DNA of 54,516 nt, the filler included, from Sluysia triapertura (taxonomy: Eukaryota), in assembly GCA_046118255.1 (NCBI GenBank). It is 4 parts of 4 records of this genome, joined end to end, with 100 filler letters (N's around TTAATTAATTAA, not from the genome) between each part and the next. Parts side by side here need not be neighbours in the genome. Positions count along the whole stretch, not along the records: positions 1 to 15,419 come from JBJNIA010228901.1; positions 15,520 to 27,901 come from JBJNIA010114752.1; 2 more parts are not named here. One strand, 5' to 3'. This document shows, in pieces, positions 11,421 to 24,239 of the stretch. How positions within the stretch are numbered: the first letter of the stretch is position 1; each line of letters starts with the position of its first letter. Position numbers and translations under genes: made by a program. Below the pieces are notes generated by a model. That model made no database searches and was not told the origin of the DNA. It saw nothing but the letters and a program-made list of their open reading frames with translations.

Positions 11421-12690
11421 TTTAATAATTTAGCTATTAGTTTACAAAAAGTAAAACAACTCAATATTAAATTGCATTATTAAAACATAAATAAAATTAT
11501 GCAATAAAGAGGCAACAACTATAATAATAGTAATATAAAGATAATTTGATTCTAAAGTTCTCCTTTAGTATTAATTCTAGATTTTAAAAATTAATATTAA
11601 GTAAGGAATTATTCTTGACTTTTTTGAGCATTACAAATGATTTTAAGTAAGAAGTCAAAACTAAATAATATAGTTAAATATTTAACAAGAATTAACTTAT
11701 AAATTCATATCATGGAAAATTTGTTCAGAAAGAATATATGTTCTCGATTGTCACGACCAAAAATTGATTATAGTCCACGTAAAAATAGTCCACATAAAAA
11801 TTCTGTTTCCGAAATTATTAATTACTGAAAGATAGCTTTGCAAATAAATTTCTTTAGTAGAAGACAAAAATCATTTGAGAGATTCCTTGAAGAATTTCAA
11901 AACGGTTTAGAATTATTGTGCGTAATTGATTGTGAGTAATTTGTATTTCTATGTTTATGTTTTTATTTCAAAATAAAATATTTTGTCATATAGACATATC
12001 ATTAAATTTTAGATTTAGATTTATAACTTCTTAAATGTTCACATTTTACTTATTACAATTTTTATTTAAATGTTGATTCTACTTATTTTTGTTTTTGGTT
12101 AAGTCTGATCCTCATTTATATAAATGATGATATAGGTAAACTGTACGAAGACTTAAAGTTTGTTCACAATCAATTCGAGTATAAATACCCGGTACTCAAA
12201 TTAATATAAATCTAATCTAGAAGCTAGGATCTAAATTTAAGTTAAATAAAATTGTGATTAACAAGCAAAATTAAAAGTAAACATATCATTATGAGTAAAT
12301 AGTTATAACTATACTGCTTAGAATAGTTATTTTAAACACATCTAATGATGATAGCACTTTAGTAAGATTCATTTGTGAACTGAAATTAAAGATTAATAAG
12401 TTTTCGTGTCTTACAACTTTAGCTGATGCGTTTAATTTCACCTGAGATATATTTATATGATACTATAAAAATAAATACCTTGACAGTTACTTGACAATCA
12501 ATGCTTTTGCTATCCCGTACTATATCTACAATACTCACTTAACCCATGCATGCTTTATCATCAAGTTATAACTTAAACATAATATCATTCAGTTACAAGC
12601 ATTTAACTCCACAAATAGAATCGAAAATAAAATGAATGAATCAATATTATAACATGAAAATATAATGCAAATAAAGAATAATATATTTTA

Positions 12691-12900
12691 TTAACACTAT
12701 TTCTACCACGATTTTGTACATATCTCTTTGTGTACCAGGTACGTATATTTAGATCTAAGATGAGCCGAAGGAAAATTATACCGCTAAATAAATTTAACAA
12801 TTATTATATTATTGAGAAAAAATGGTTAAAATTATAAAATAATCTCAAATTAAAATGTTAAAAGGTGTCTTTTGACACCTTTTGGTAGAAATAATGTTAA
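12691..12900. mobile_element. piggyBac-type MITE (202 bp between TTAA duplications)
   Basis: TTAA-CACTATTTCTACCA ... TGGTAGAAATAATG-TTAA (13/14 TIR match), with subterminal palindrome GGTGTCTTTTGACACC. Confidence 0.8.
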
Positions 12901-14201
12901 TACAATAAATTAGTATATAATATTATCACTGTGATTACAGAGATTACTGTGATTACTGCACGAATAAAGGTTAATTAATACATTTAAAAGTGAAAGATTT
13001 TAAAAATGCCTTTGTGCACATAGTGATGATATAACTGATATCTTTTTTTGTGTTGACATTTTTGAAATGGTTTTCATTTTCAGCTACAAATAATATGTTT
13101 GAGTATTAATTTTCATTCAACAAAAGATAAAGTAATAAGTTTTAACATGTTAAAACTATATAAAATCGAGTATGTTGTTCCAGATATTCAGATGAATAGA
13201 AACAAGAAAACCAAAAAAATGATACATAAATATTAACACAGAAATTGTAAAATATCGGAATATAAATATATCAAAATTGATTTAAAAAATAATTTTAATT
13301 GAGTTTAATTTAAACTTTTCGATTCATATAATTTATTTATTAAGTTATTATATTTACATCATTTAACAGTTCTAATTTTTCAGCTATTGAAGTGAAATAA
13401 TTAATTGTTCACTTGAAAATGATTTGATTTAGTATTTCTACTGAGTGTAATTGAAGGTTTTCAAAATAGAGAAAATGAAATGATGATGATGATTTTTATC
13501 AATACTTACTCTAGTTTAAATAAAATCATAGTTTTATAAATTAAATATATTCCGCAAATTATTCAGTGTGCAAACACACTAAAGTATAGTTATTTCAAGT
13601 TAGAAAATATTTTGTTTTGAATTGTCAAGGTTAATTTTTAAATAATGTACTATTTTTAATGCATTTTATTCAATGTAAAAACAAAAGTTTAAAATAAAAG
13701 CTACTAAATGTGTATATTAAAATTTTACGTTAAATTTTGACAGTAGAACTGTAACGATTCGAAAATGTTATTGACGACAGAGTATTGATACATACTTACT
13801 TTTAAGATAATGTTCAGCAACATAAATTTTAGAATGGTTAGGCTACTTAAGACGTGCAGTAGGATTGTCTGTAACTAAAAATGGCAGTTTAACGTTTAAT
13901 TTTCTAACCTGTGTTAGTTTAAATTGTCAACTTTATCTTAAATTGATGGTATAATCTTTTTGCTTTATCAATGAAATGCTGTATCTTAATTATCACAATT
14001 TAATTCATTCAATATATATTAATTGTCCACAATAAGTCAATAACACTATTAACTTTTATGAACTAAAATTTAAGTACAACTCGTAAATTCAGATAAAATA
14101 AAAAGAAATGAAAACTTGTAGAATGCATAATGAGATGACAAGAATTTTTTTAGTATATTAGTTTTAAAATCTAATTCGAAAAATACATTCTAAAATAAGT
14201 A

Positions 14202-14202
14202 G

Positions 14203-14234
<32 letters not shown>

Positions 14235-14262
14235 TATTATTATTATTATTATTATTATTATC
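14202..14262. repeat. inverted (AAT)n/(ATT)n microsatellite, near-perfect palindrome
   Basis: GATAAT...TAATTA...ATTATC with arms of 32 and 29 bp. Confidence 0.85.
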
Positions 14263-15419
14263 ACTTCCCCATTTCCATTAATTTCCATTATAATTTCCAA
14301 TGTCCAAAAATTTCCATTATATTGTTAAGAAAAAGTAATAAAACAAAACATGTAAAGAAACATTTACATAATTATGACACAATCACAATTTATTGCAATA
14401 TTGTAGAAAAATCACTAAATTCCATGTCCACATTTATATCGTGATTGGTCCAAACCATTCTTTTTCCTCGAAGTCATCGAAACCAACTATCCAAGAGTGA
14501 TAAACTGGAACTGGTCTTGAGCAGTAGGATGTTTAATGATTTGGGGAATCGTAGATGGTGTTATCACACAGAAATATTTTTCTTTTTATACATTTAATAC
14601 TTATATTCAAAGTTGTAAAAAAATTTTAGTTTTAATATTTTAATGCCTTATGGCTCCTTAAAAATTTTAAATGAATTCAAAGAATGTTTAGTTTGATTTG
14701 AAATTATGTTAACAATGCATTTTAAAGAAAATAATTCAGAAACTTTCAAAGCGTACACAGTATCAAGAAAGCTAAGTGTTGGACGCCGTATATAAGAGGC
14801 ACTTTCAGCATTATGTTGTTTAATTTTAAAAGTCGTTATACGCCAAAACTTTCAAAGTGTACGTAGAATCAAGAAAGTTAAAGTTAAATTTTTTATACTG
14901 TTACATGAACTAGATTTAGTTCGATAATATTGCATTTACAGTGGTTACAACAGCGTAAAATCATGAGTAAATATGACGCCGAGAATCGACTAATTTATGG
15001 TCTAAATATTCTTTCGGTGGTTTTGTTTTATTATTAAATTAATACTTGGAATATATGACAAATTATATTATACTACCTGAACTGTACAACCTAGATCAGA
15101 TTTTACGGTTAGATTATATGCCATTTTAACTGTTATAATAATTAATACATCCTTGCTTATCGCAACAATTCCAATTACATAGTATAAAGTCTTGTCGACG
15201 TTAATGAGACCTATTCTTGCGAGATCTTTAGTTGGAAGTGCCTCAATGACTTTTATTTCTGATAGATTTTTAGCAATATAACTTGAATCGCGTTCTTTAC
15301 CAATTATTCAGCACGTTACTGATACATTTTTCTACATTTTGCAAGGATGTACAAATTTTTGTATATATTTTGGACTTTTTAGAAAATTTTTTAATTGTTA
15401 AATTTTTGAAAATTTATTA

Positions 15420-15519
15420 NNNNNNNNNNNNNNNNNNNNNNNNNNNNNNNNNNNNNNNNNNNNTTAATTAATTAANNNNNNNNNNNNNNNNNNNNNNNNN
15501 NNNNNNNNNNNNNNNNNNN
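15420..15519. other. artificial assembly linker
   Basis: N44-TTAATTAATTAA-N44 (100 bp, stop codons in all six frames). Confidence 0.95.
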
Positions 15520-15575
<56 letters not shown>

Positions 15576-15600
15576 GCTACTATTATTACTATTACTGCTG
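15520..15600. repeat. (TAT)n microsatellite at contig edge
   Basis: Directly visible. Confidence 0.9.
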
Positions 15601-15639
15601 CTGTGTGATGCACCTATTGTGCACATGCTACAATTCATC

Positions 15640-15910
15640 CATCTTCTGAGAGCAGTTAATAAATTATGAAAGCGATTACAGAAGATTAATATTGGAAGTA
15701 TGCATATATAAATAAAGACAGCGAGCAAATGATAGTAATACGGGATCATTGTTTCAGATGTAGAATGAAATATATTTCTCTAAAATGAATTGGATTATAT
15801 TTTTCAAGTTCTCTTTTAAGGATTATGCAGCTAGATAGATATATAGTACTGTGTTTTCATTTTCTGCGCGCCTCAATAATAGTAATAGTAATAATAATAA
15901 TGATAATAAT
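15640..15910 (+). mobile_element. possible Penelope-like (GIY-YIG C-terminus) remnant
   Basis: Frameshifted YESDYRRLILE / SMHI ... GIIVSDV resembles the KRLILESxHI...N...G end of Penelope endonucleases. An (AAT)-rich tail follows. Confidence 0.3.
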
Positions 15911-16834
15911 AGTTCTTGTGATAATTGTAATAATAATGTCTTATAAATAATACTTATTTGGTGTTTTAAATATTGACTGAGACCTATCAGTATAATTTAC
16001 TATGCAGCTTCTCTTTACTCAATTTGTATTTAATTATTTATTTTCCTTGGCAGATATTTCTTTCCTAAATTCAATACGTACAACTTCTGATTCGGCGGAG
16101 TTCGTTTTACGAATATTCGATTTGTAAGTAAATCTATGACACGAGTTTGTAATTGTTCTCCGTGGTCGGAAAGGTGGAATTGCAAACTTCGATATGTAAC
16201 AGGTACTAGCTGAAAAATAAATAAATAATAATAATAATAATAATTATAATAATAATAATAATATCTACATTGAATGACGGGGCAGTGAAAGAACTCAAAT
16301 TCAAGAGTTGATATTGCCTTCTTAATCCAAATTTAAAGTCAGAAAATAATTTCAAAGACGAAGCAAAACCATTCAGTTTTACCTGAGTCTCCAATGAGAA
16401 AGCTGAATGATTCGGTTGGACTAGAAAAGGAAAGCGTTGAAAATATACTTCACATTTGAAGGACATTGATCAGAAAATAATCAATGAAAATAAGAAATGG
16501 GGAAAAACTAAAAGTAGCGTTTCGTAAAGATATGTGTGCTGTGATTTTAGAAAAGATAGTTTACCGAAAGACTCAGGAGAAAAAACTGGGAAAGAATTTT
16601 GGCTGAAAAGTCTTCCCTTATGAAACTAAAATATGAAATACAGTGTCCAGTAGTCGTTATTGTAAAAGAAAATTCGAATTTTATAAGTTGCATAAACGTG
16701 GAACAATCAAGAATAAAGGAAGCAAAATAAATTATCTACATTGTCGTAAATACGGTATTGGGATGAAGTAAACTATAATCGTTGTATAATACGTCACATA
16801 ATTCGAACTAATTCCGAACCCCTCGAGTCCTGAT

Positions 16835-17152
16835 TTATTTTAACTTTTTGTAATATATTGAAAACTTATTTAATTTTACTGTAATATCAGATGAACACAC
16901 ATTTATTTTATAAACATATCCAATTAGTGTTTGCCACCATTGTATTGAATCAGCCTTCTTATAAAAAGTTATACTTTTCTTTTGTTCTGATTGGTTAAAT
17001 AATATAAAAATGTGGTCCTTTGGATAATTGCTATGAAGTTGGAAATTATTGTGCATGTTACAAAGACATGCTGACTTCTTAGAGTCGGTTTTGTGCCGAC
17101 CAATTTTATTAATTCGATATGAATATAAATCTCCGTCAAATTTCCACCTCAA
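16835..17152 (-). pseudogene. possible PH-domain-like coding fragment
   Basis: LRWKFDGDLYSYR...HIFILF...SITFY..ADSIQWWQTLIGYVYKINVC has PH-like strand/helix patterning with a terminal Trp helix. No ATG (TTG start). Confidence 0.3.
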
Positions 17153-17329
17153 TATTATCTAGCAGTTATATAAAGATAAGGAGTTTTGTGGTAGAAAAGT
17201 TCTTATATTTTGGACATAATAAAATTAAAATTTAAGATCATAGTTATAATAATACTTTCAATACAACAATAGGTTAACTTAAAGTGAATAAAAATCTAAT
17301 CGAATATAAAACTAGTTTTCAATATTAAC

Positions 17330-17700
17330 TTTGATACAAAGCGCAACACCCTAACGACACATCACACGTCAATTTCAATAGCATATTTAGAATGATCTCT
17401 TAATGAGCATTAATTTGATATATACTTTTATTATGTGTGCTCATTATAATACATCGAAATTTAACTTTATAATGAAGAAAATTAATTAAAAATAATGATT
17501 TTACCTTATCCACGTTGACGTCTTTCACAGTGTCTTGCTGTACATAACATTGGTGTGCAAGCATCATAAAGAAAGGTATTGATTAAAATGATTTTCAAAT
17601 AATTCTAATTAAATTAATTAATTAATATACTTATAAATTTGTTGAAAATCTTTATAAAATACTGATCCCTTTATCTTCAAGCCGCAGTATCCTTCCAGTC
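17330..17700 (+). repeat. dispersed repeat, copy 1 (other copies 18250-18540 minus, 40985-41410 plus)
   Basis: CACGTCAATTTCAATAGCATATTTAG...GAGCATTAATTTGATATATAC and TTACCTTATCCACGTTGACGT align with 41008-41160. Confidence 0.65.
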
Positions 17701-17889
17701 ACTTTATTTTCCGAACACCCATCACGAATTCAATATTGAAATTTTAACAAATAAATTCAAAAAGATATTTTGCACTAACATTTTCGTAAATTGCGTAAGT
17801 TTAATTTTATTTCGCTTTTCTTCGTTTGAATTTTATTAACTCAATTTTTGTCTTACCATTTGTGAATAATTGATAAGTGATGGTTTTGC

Positions 17890-17995
17890 TAAGGTGGCAC
17901 CACAAGTCTATGTGATTCAACTGAACTACCATCATTAGTCTACCCTCTATAATACAAACAAGATAAACCACCTCAGAAGTTATAGAATCCACGAC
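17890..17995 (-). mobile_element. Ty3/Gypsy pol fragment (just upstream of the integrase zinc finger)
   Basis: LYYRG*TNDGSSVESHRLVVPP resembles the VLYRxWExxDGxxxxxQLVVP segment of Gypsy pol. Confidence 0.35.
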
Positions 17996-18249
17996 TTGAG
18001 AATCAAACTTAGATAATGCACAGTAAGTAGATATAAAAGCCCTCAATAATATTATTAAAGTCATTTTGAGCTGCGACATCAACAAATAGTAATTAAGAGC
18101 TTCTGATTAATCACAGACAAATTAATATACAAATTGATATGTACAAGTTAAGAAGTTAAGTGTAATGCCAATTCAGTTGCAAGCACACCTAGTACATGTT
18201 TTAAATTACGTACTCTAACCTAACCCAATTGCATGTGGATATGTGTTAT

Positions 18250-18540
18250 AGCTTATAATATAAGATTAAAGTAAGTATTACTGGGGAAATAAGATAAAAC
18301 ACTACGACAAATGTATGTAGAAAATATTTAAATCAAAATAAAAGAAAGAACTCTTTATAAGGCTTTACTTGTTACATATTAAAGTACATTTATTAAATAA
18401 TTTAATTAAAAATTGTTTAATTTAATAATTTCGTGAAAAATGTCTGAACATGATAAAATAACATTAGAATCGGGGTTTAATGTTGAATTTCACCATTTTT
18501 TCCTAATGTTGAAATGTTACGAAGCACGTCGAAATAAAAA
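18250..18540 (-). repeat. dispersed repeat, copy 2
   Basis: Reverse complement TCGACGTGCTTCGTAACA...AAATTCAACATT...TTAATTAAATTATTTAATAAATGTACTTTA aligns with 41152-41305. Confidence 0.7.
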
Positions 18541-20094
18541 GGGATTGTTCATCACAAATCACAGAGACAATAAAATTGGAAGCCTACGGAAATAACTGTT
18601 GAAATTTAATTATTGAAATTGGTCGGTTTAAGACTGAACATTTATATGAATGAACATTTATATGAAGTAATTATTTCCATTTTCCAATTTTTAATCTCCT
18701 AAGCAATTATCCAACTACTATATAAACGATCGCATTTTTGTAATAAAGTCAGAACAAGGTAGCTGGACAAGACAGAAAACTTTGAATATAGAGCTTACTT
18801 TCTATTAAGAAAGCTGCCTCAATACATCCGTGATAAACATTGTGATTGAAGACTTATCTTTAGTATTAGTCTAAACTTTATAAGCATTATTTTTAGTGTC
18901 ACAGTCAGTGATATGGGTTTTATTATTTTATTATTTTTAAATACGCGCGTCAATACTACCATGTTGTGTCACTCCTGGAATCTTTTTATTGAATAATTGT
19001 CTACAGACAGTGATTTATAATTCTGATTTATATATTGTTTTTAAAGAATAATTCATAATTTTGTTACTTCTGTGATATTTAAAATATATATGGCGATTAC
19101 AAATTAATTTAATTTAATTATTGAGTTTACGTTGAATATTTTGAGTAACGACACACACAAACTTCATTTTTGAAAGAGAAAGGTGCGTCATTATTATTAT
19201 TATTACCAAGTTGTGATAATAGATGAAAGATAAAAAGAAAAAGATGAAACGAAGAAAATCGAGAAAGAAGATTAGCAAAAAGCTGAATGAATTACAAATT
19301 ATTTTAATAATAAAAATTTTTAATTTAATAATAAACGTTCATAATAAATATCTACTTGAATAGTAGCACTGGAAATTGCAGGAAATTGTGGCGATACTGT
19401 TTGACAGTTTCAGTTTTTCGAATAAACAATTAAATACCAACTAAAACGTATTCTTATCTTCCAGATTTCTAAGTAGTGGATGAACTTGAAGTATTTGTAT
19501 TAATATAATCTGATTGGACATATGATATTAGAGTAGCGATATTATTCGACGATAAATGAAATTTATATTAACATTAATAATGTAAGCATCAATAACAATT
19601 ATTCATATAATTAATACCTACAATAAAACACTAATGCAGTTACGTAGTGGTTATTTCTGCAATCAGTTATTTTACATATCTAGTTTTATCTGTTCTTGCT
19701 CAGCCAAGCAATCACTGCGAAAGAATACATGCCAGATTCAAATTTAACAAATAGCTGTTCAGTTCTTTTTTAAGTCATTTACGTATTCTTTCTTTTGAAG
19801 TATGAATCAATCAATAACATCGTTGTTGCACTTCATTATTTGTTGATAAGTTTCATTGTTCTTTCTGTTTCGAACTCTAATAGAACTTTTATTTTAATAT
19901 TGATTTTATAGTACATATTCAAGCTATAAGATTACTCTATAATTCTAATTCTAATTTTATATAGTAATGATAATAATAATAATAATCTCAATATTTAAAA
20001 TCATTATTCACATTGCAAAAATTAATAATAATTTATATCCTCGTACAAAATATCGGTCTAATTTATTGCAGCCATTAAGATGTCTTTACAACAA

Positions 20095-20235
20095 NNNNNN
20101 NNNNNNNNNNNNNNNNNNNNNNNNNNNNNNNNNNNNNNNNNNNNNNNNNNNNNNNNNNNNNNNNNNNNNNNNNNNNNNNNNNNNNNNNNNNNNNNNNNNN
20201 NNNNNNNNNNNNNNNNNNNNNNNNNNNNNNNNNNN
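20095..20235. other. assembly gap
   Basis: Run of N. Confidence 0.95.
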
Positions 20236-20786
20236 ACCCTTTGCACAATGCTAGTAACTCTAATCGTACTTCTACAACTTACTCTCTATCAAGACAAATC
20301 AAAAATAAATGAATTTTTTGTCGACACATTCAACTGAAATGAGACTGCACAACATTAGTCATCTTCTTCCTCGATATTCTGGATTTGGGAAAAGTGTGCA
20401 GCTGCGATATTAAGATAAAAGATGATGAATAAAAAAATATTTTATTCGGTAATGCTTCCATGGTCAGAGAATAATGTCAAAGAGAGAAATTCTTAGTCGA
20501 TGAATTTTTATGAAATTAAATACCATCCAAATGTGACTCATCCCAAATAGTCCGATACAACGACAAAATGGAACATCGTCAAAAGAACAAATATAGTAAC
20601 GTGGATTTCGTCAGAAGTTATCAACAAAGAATAGACTTGAATATCATGAGATGGATCCACAAATATATACAAATATATATAACACTTTCTCTTGTGCTGC
20701 TGCTGCTACTGTAATCACTCTAGCTTCAGTAAATCACGATTCTTCGATCTCATTTTCACATACGAAATGCAAGAAAATAACTAATC

Positions 20787-21090
20787 TTACCGACATTGCT
20801 GACCTTGAAACTCATTGTTCCTTGAAAGCGGGCATTCAACAGTTGTCAAGACTGGCGTTACCAAGATATCAGTATTTGAAATCATTGTTGTTACGTGGAT
20901 CTCAGTCTTTTTATTCATTAATATTAAATGCATGTTCTCTGTCCGTGTTTGTCGGAGACGGTAGTTGCTGTGGAAACAATTGTTCCCATTTCCATATGGG
21001 CATTCATTATTTATTGTCCTTTTTAACATGTACAGACATGCATAATCAATACTAATTTGTCGTCTGTCCTTAGGGACTAGTAGTAATATT
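20787..21090 (-). pseudogene. decayed CCCH-like zinc-finger ORF
   Basis: In-frame DYACLYMLKRTINNECPYGNGNNCFHSNYRLR, with a second Cys cluster VECPLSRNNEFQGQQCR*. Lies ~250 bp downstream of a co-oriented LTR-like unit. Confidence 0.35.
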
Positions 21091-21336
21091 CATTATTTTG
21101 ATACTTTGTTGTCATGCTTATTACAGTTTTCTGGAATTTATTTTGATAAAATTCTTTTTTTCGTCTTTCATACTTCTCGATTTAAGTTGCATCAAATTTT
21201 GCCTCATTGGACATTACACTTTTATATGCATTCATTTTAAAACCAGAAACTTGCACTAAGAGATACGTGACCTTGAGTCAAGGGTGTCTTCCAATTTTTG
21301 AATTAATATTGCAGTCGTTTCTCTAAAAATAATTTT

Positions 21337-22150
21337 TGGTAGGATCCTGTTGCACTAAACGTCTTACAGCGTATAATCGGCGTCTCTGCAACTAAATAAT
21401 CGAATATTAATACTACTAATATACAACTTATAATCGAATTTAATGCTGAGGTTCTATATTCAAAATACAAATTCAAATTTTAATATAATGAATCCAACTA
21501 AAAATCAAAACCTTTACTAACTAAAAATCCGACAATTAAAACAAATTATAAAACTTATAAGAATAAAGGAAAAGAAAAGAAAATGCAAATAAATTATAAT
21601 TATTAAAATTAAGACTGATTTCAATCTTTAACTTTCATCACTAAAACGTTAGTTTACCTCTGTTTAAAAATTTAAATTTAAATCTGATTTGTGATATTAA
21701 TCTTATTAATTAAAATTAATACCGCCTTATAACAATAACTTACTGCTAACATGGATCTTGAAAAGAATCCTTCGAATATACGATTGAGAATCCCACAACG
21801 TAATGTGACGCTGTGTCGCCCTTAATGAACTCACGGAAATATTTTCAAAATTCAAAATTGGAATGAGATTTTTACACACAATTAAATATATGAATTCGAG
21901 AAGACAAATTAAATTATTTAAGAAATACGTTTACGATAGTTAAAAATAATAAAATTTTCAGATGGCTGTTTTCTGAATTTTCAATATGACGATTCTTATT
22001 AAACTGATGCTAGTTTATATACTAGTTATCAACCAATGAGAACCTATTCTATTTTTAGAAGCAAGTTTTCTTTTTTCGAAAAATAATTTGGAAAATAATT
22101 ATTTTTTAAGTGATTTTAAATGTTTTTAGAGTTGTCATGACAACCTAACA
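21337..22150 (-). mobile_element. LTR-like unit (family with 36000, 46155 and 50951 copies)
   Basis: Starts TGTTAGGTTGTCATGACAAC and ends GGATCCTACCA. 21975-22150 aligns with 51400-51622. Confidence 0.7.
21797..21950 (+). repeat. ~155-bp repeat duplicated at 22637-22790
   Basis: Shared ACGTAATGYGAYG...TCACGRAAATATTTTCAAAATTCAAAATTGGAATGA...TACGATA. Confidence 0.7.
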
Positions 22151-23499
22151 ATATTTTCTAACTGCTTCGTTCTTAGTCACCACTCCTTCAGTTTAGATTA
22201 TACTTGCAATCTGTGCACAAGCCACGGCTGCTTCTGGTATACTAAGAAACTGCATGTAGTTCCTCCTTTTAATTCAATTATTGAATCACTATTTATTCTA
22301 AGTCTTCCACTCCGAGTGCCTCTAAACAAGCTCTAAATAGCGTCAGCAGCACAAGTTCTTTACAGTTCCATGTAAATTTATCCAGCTCCAAAATTAGATT
22401 GCATAGTTCATGTTGCTCCTGAGCAACCTTCTACATCTACTATTGAAAAACTGCTTTCAATTTGTGGATGGCTTCAGTTATACAGAATTATTCATTGAGT
22501 CGGTCGAAGTCCACGCACCAACGACGTCTGGGTCGGTATTCTCTGAATTTTTGTAATTGATTCAGAGTAAATGATGCTTTCTTAAATTGTACCATGTTTA
22601 TTTTATGCTACCCATTCTTCGGGGATATTTTCTTGGCACGTAATGCGATGTTGTGTCTCCGGCAATGAAGTGTCACGAAAATATTTTCAAAATTCAAAAT
22701 TGGAATGATTAAATATAAACGAAGATAATGCGTGAAGATTATAAATTAACATTATTTAAGATTTACGTCTACGATAATTAGAAATAATAATAATAATAAA
22801 AATAATAATAATAATAACAATGCATAAAAACATTACACATTGAAAATTAATGGAAAATTAACAAAATTTTCAAATTACGCGCTCATCTCCATAATGAATA
22901 TTTAAACAAAAGAATGTCTAATTGACGTACATTTAACAAAATTAAATTAGCAAATCAAACAAATATTTCAAGGTCACCTATTTTATTTCCTTTTTATACT
23001 TGACTCTAACTTTACTTTTTATATTTTAATTTAATTCGATATAATAAAATGAATTCTATTATTTCATAAATTATATTATATACACGGGTTGTCGCGTGTG
23101 CTCCTGTGGAATTGCAGCCCGCATTTATTTTTAATTTAATGTAGCTCTATTTGACAGATCTAAGGCGTATTCAGCATATTTAATACTACAATTAAGATGT
23201 TCAAAAATTGATTTTTCGCCAATTTTTTAAAAATATAAAAATGGTATAATATAAATAATACAATATAAAAATTGTACAATATAGATAATCCAAATTAAAT
23301 AGTCTAATATAAATAACATAATATCAAAATTGTATAATATAAATAATTCATAAAATTAGATTGATCGTAGATTAGTAGACAATCGCTTCTTCTTAGATGC
23401 TTGTTCATGCACCAATGAATCGACTCCTTTTTCAAACCTTGAAGGTACTTGTAATTGTAGCTTGAAGAATATGTTTTATTAAAATTTCATCTTGAAATT

Positions 23500-23743
23500 A
23501 ATTATCTGTTAGTAATTATGTGTTCCACGGGAAGCACCTGCGGCGATATCGAAAATGAGTTTCAAACAGATTAAGGATGATCTTAAAACAACACGACATA
23601 GTCGAATAGGAACTGCGACTCACTGATTATTTAAGAAAACTTGAAGTTAAAAGTCTTCTATAAATGACTGACGGGATTCGAACCTGGGTCCTATTATCTC
23701 ATAGTTGTGCAGTTCGATGCTCTACCACTGAGCTATCAGCCCC
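23500..23743 (-). mobile_element. tRNA-Cys(GCA)-derived pseudo-tRNA / SINE head (tRNA part 23665-23743) with putative SINE body
   Basis: GGGGCTGATAGCTCAGTGGTAGAGCATCGAACTGCA...GGTTCGAATCCCGTCAGTCA. A box, B box, D stem, acceptor stem and CT-GCA anticodon are intact, but the anticodon 3' arm and T stem do not pair. Confidence 0.65.
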
Positions 23744-24239
23744 GTCTAACAATTTTATTTTATTATAGTCAATTATACTATCATTATTCTAAATGGCACT
23801 TTTTCGTACCTTAATATAGTTAAATTCGAATTTAAGAGCTTTCATCTGTTTTATTTAAAATTTTCGAAATGAGTTTAATATTTGGGTTGCTCATAAAATG
23901 GCCTGGGCGTTAGTTTTAAAAATATTAATTGAATTATGATCCCTCGAATTACGTTAAAGTTCAAATTAAAAAGAAAGCGGGACTTAAGGTGCTTCATTAA
24001 ATCATTCAAGGAGAATTTATTAAACCATTATTAATCGAGTAAATGTGACTGAAAAATTCAAAATATTCATTAAAAGTACATGAGAAAAGGACAAAATAAT
24101 TAAAAACGTCATATATTGAACACTCAATAATCATAAAAAGGTGAAAAAAACTCCAATGAGTCAGATCCGAATCAAGTTTAAATAGACTACTAAGAAGAAC
24201 TTGCTTTTGGAGTAGTTTTCGAATAAATTGAGATTTTTC

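Noticed and set aside
16270-16530. Frame interrupted mainly by TGA (also TGA at 2089), hinting at an alternative genetic code or selenocysteine
   Set aside because: No recognisable protein or SECIS. Other relics in the window contain TAA/TAG and frameshifts, and the intact genes read in the standard code.
15283-20337. ORFs containing X runs and poly-N/poly-I
   Set aside because: They read through assembly gaps or microsatellites.
23665-23743. Functional tRNA-Cys gene
   Set aside because: Anticodon and T stems do not pair; treated as a pseudo-tRNA/SINE head.
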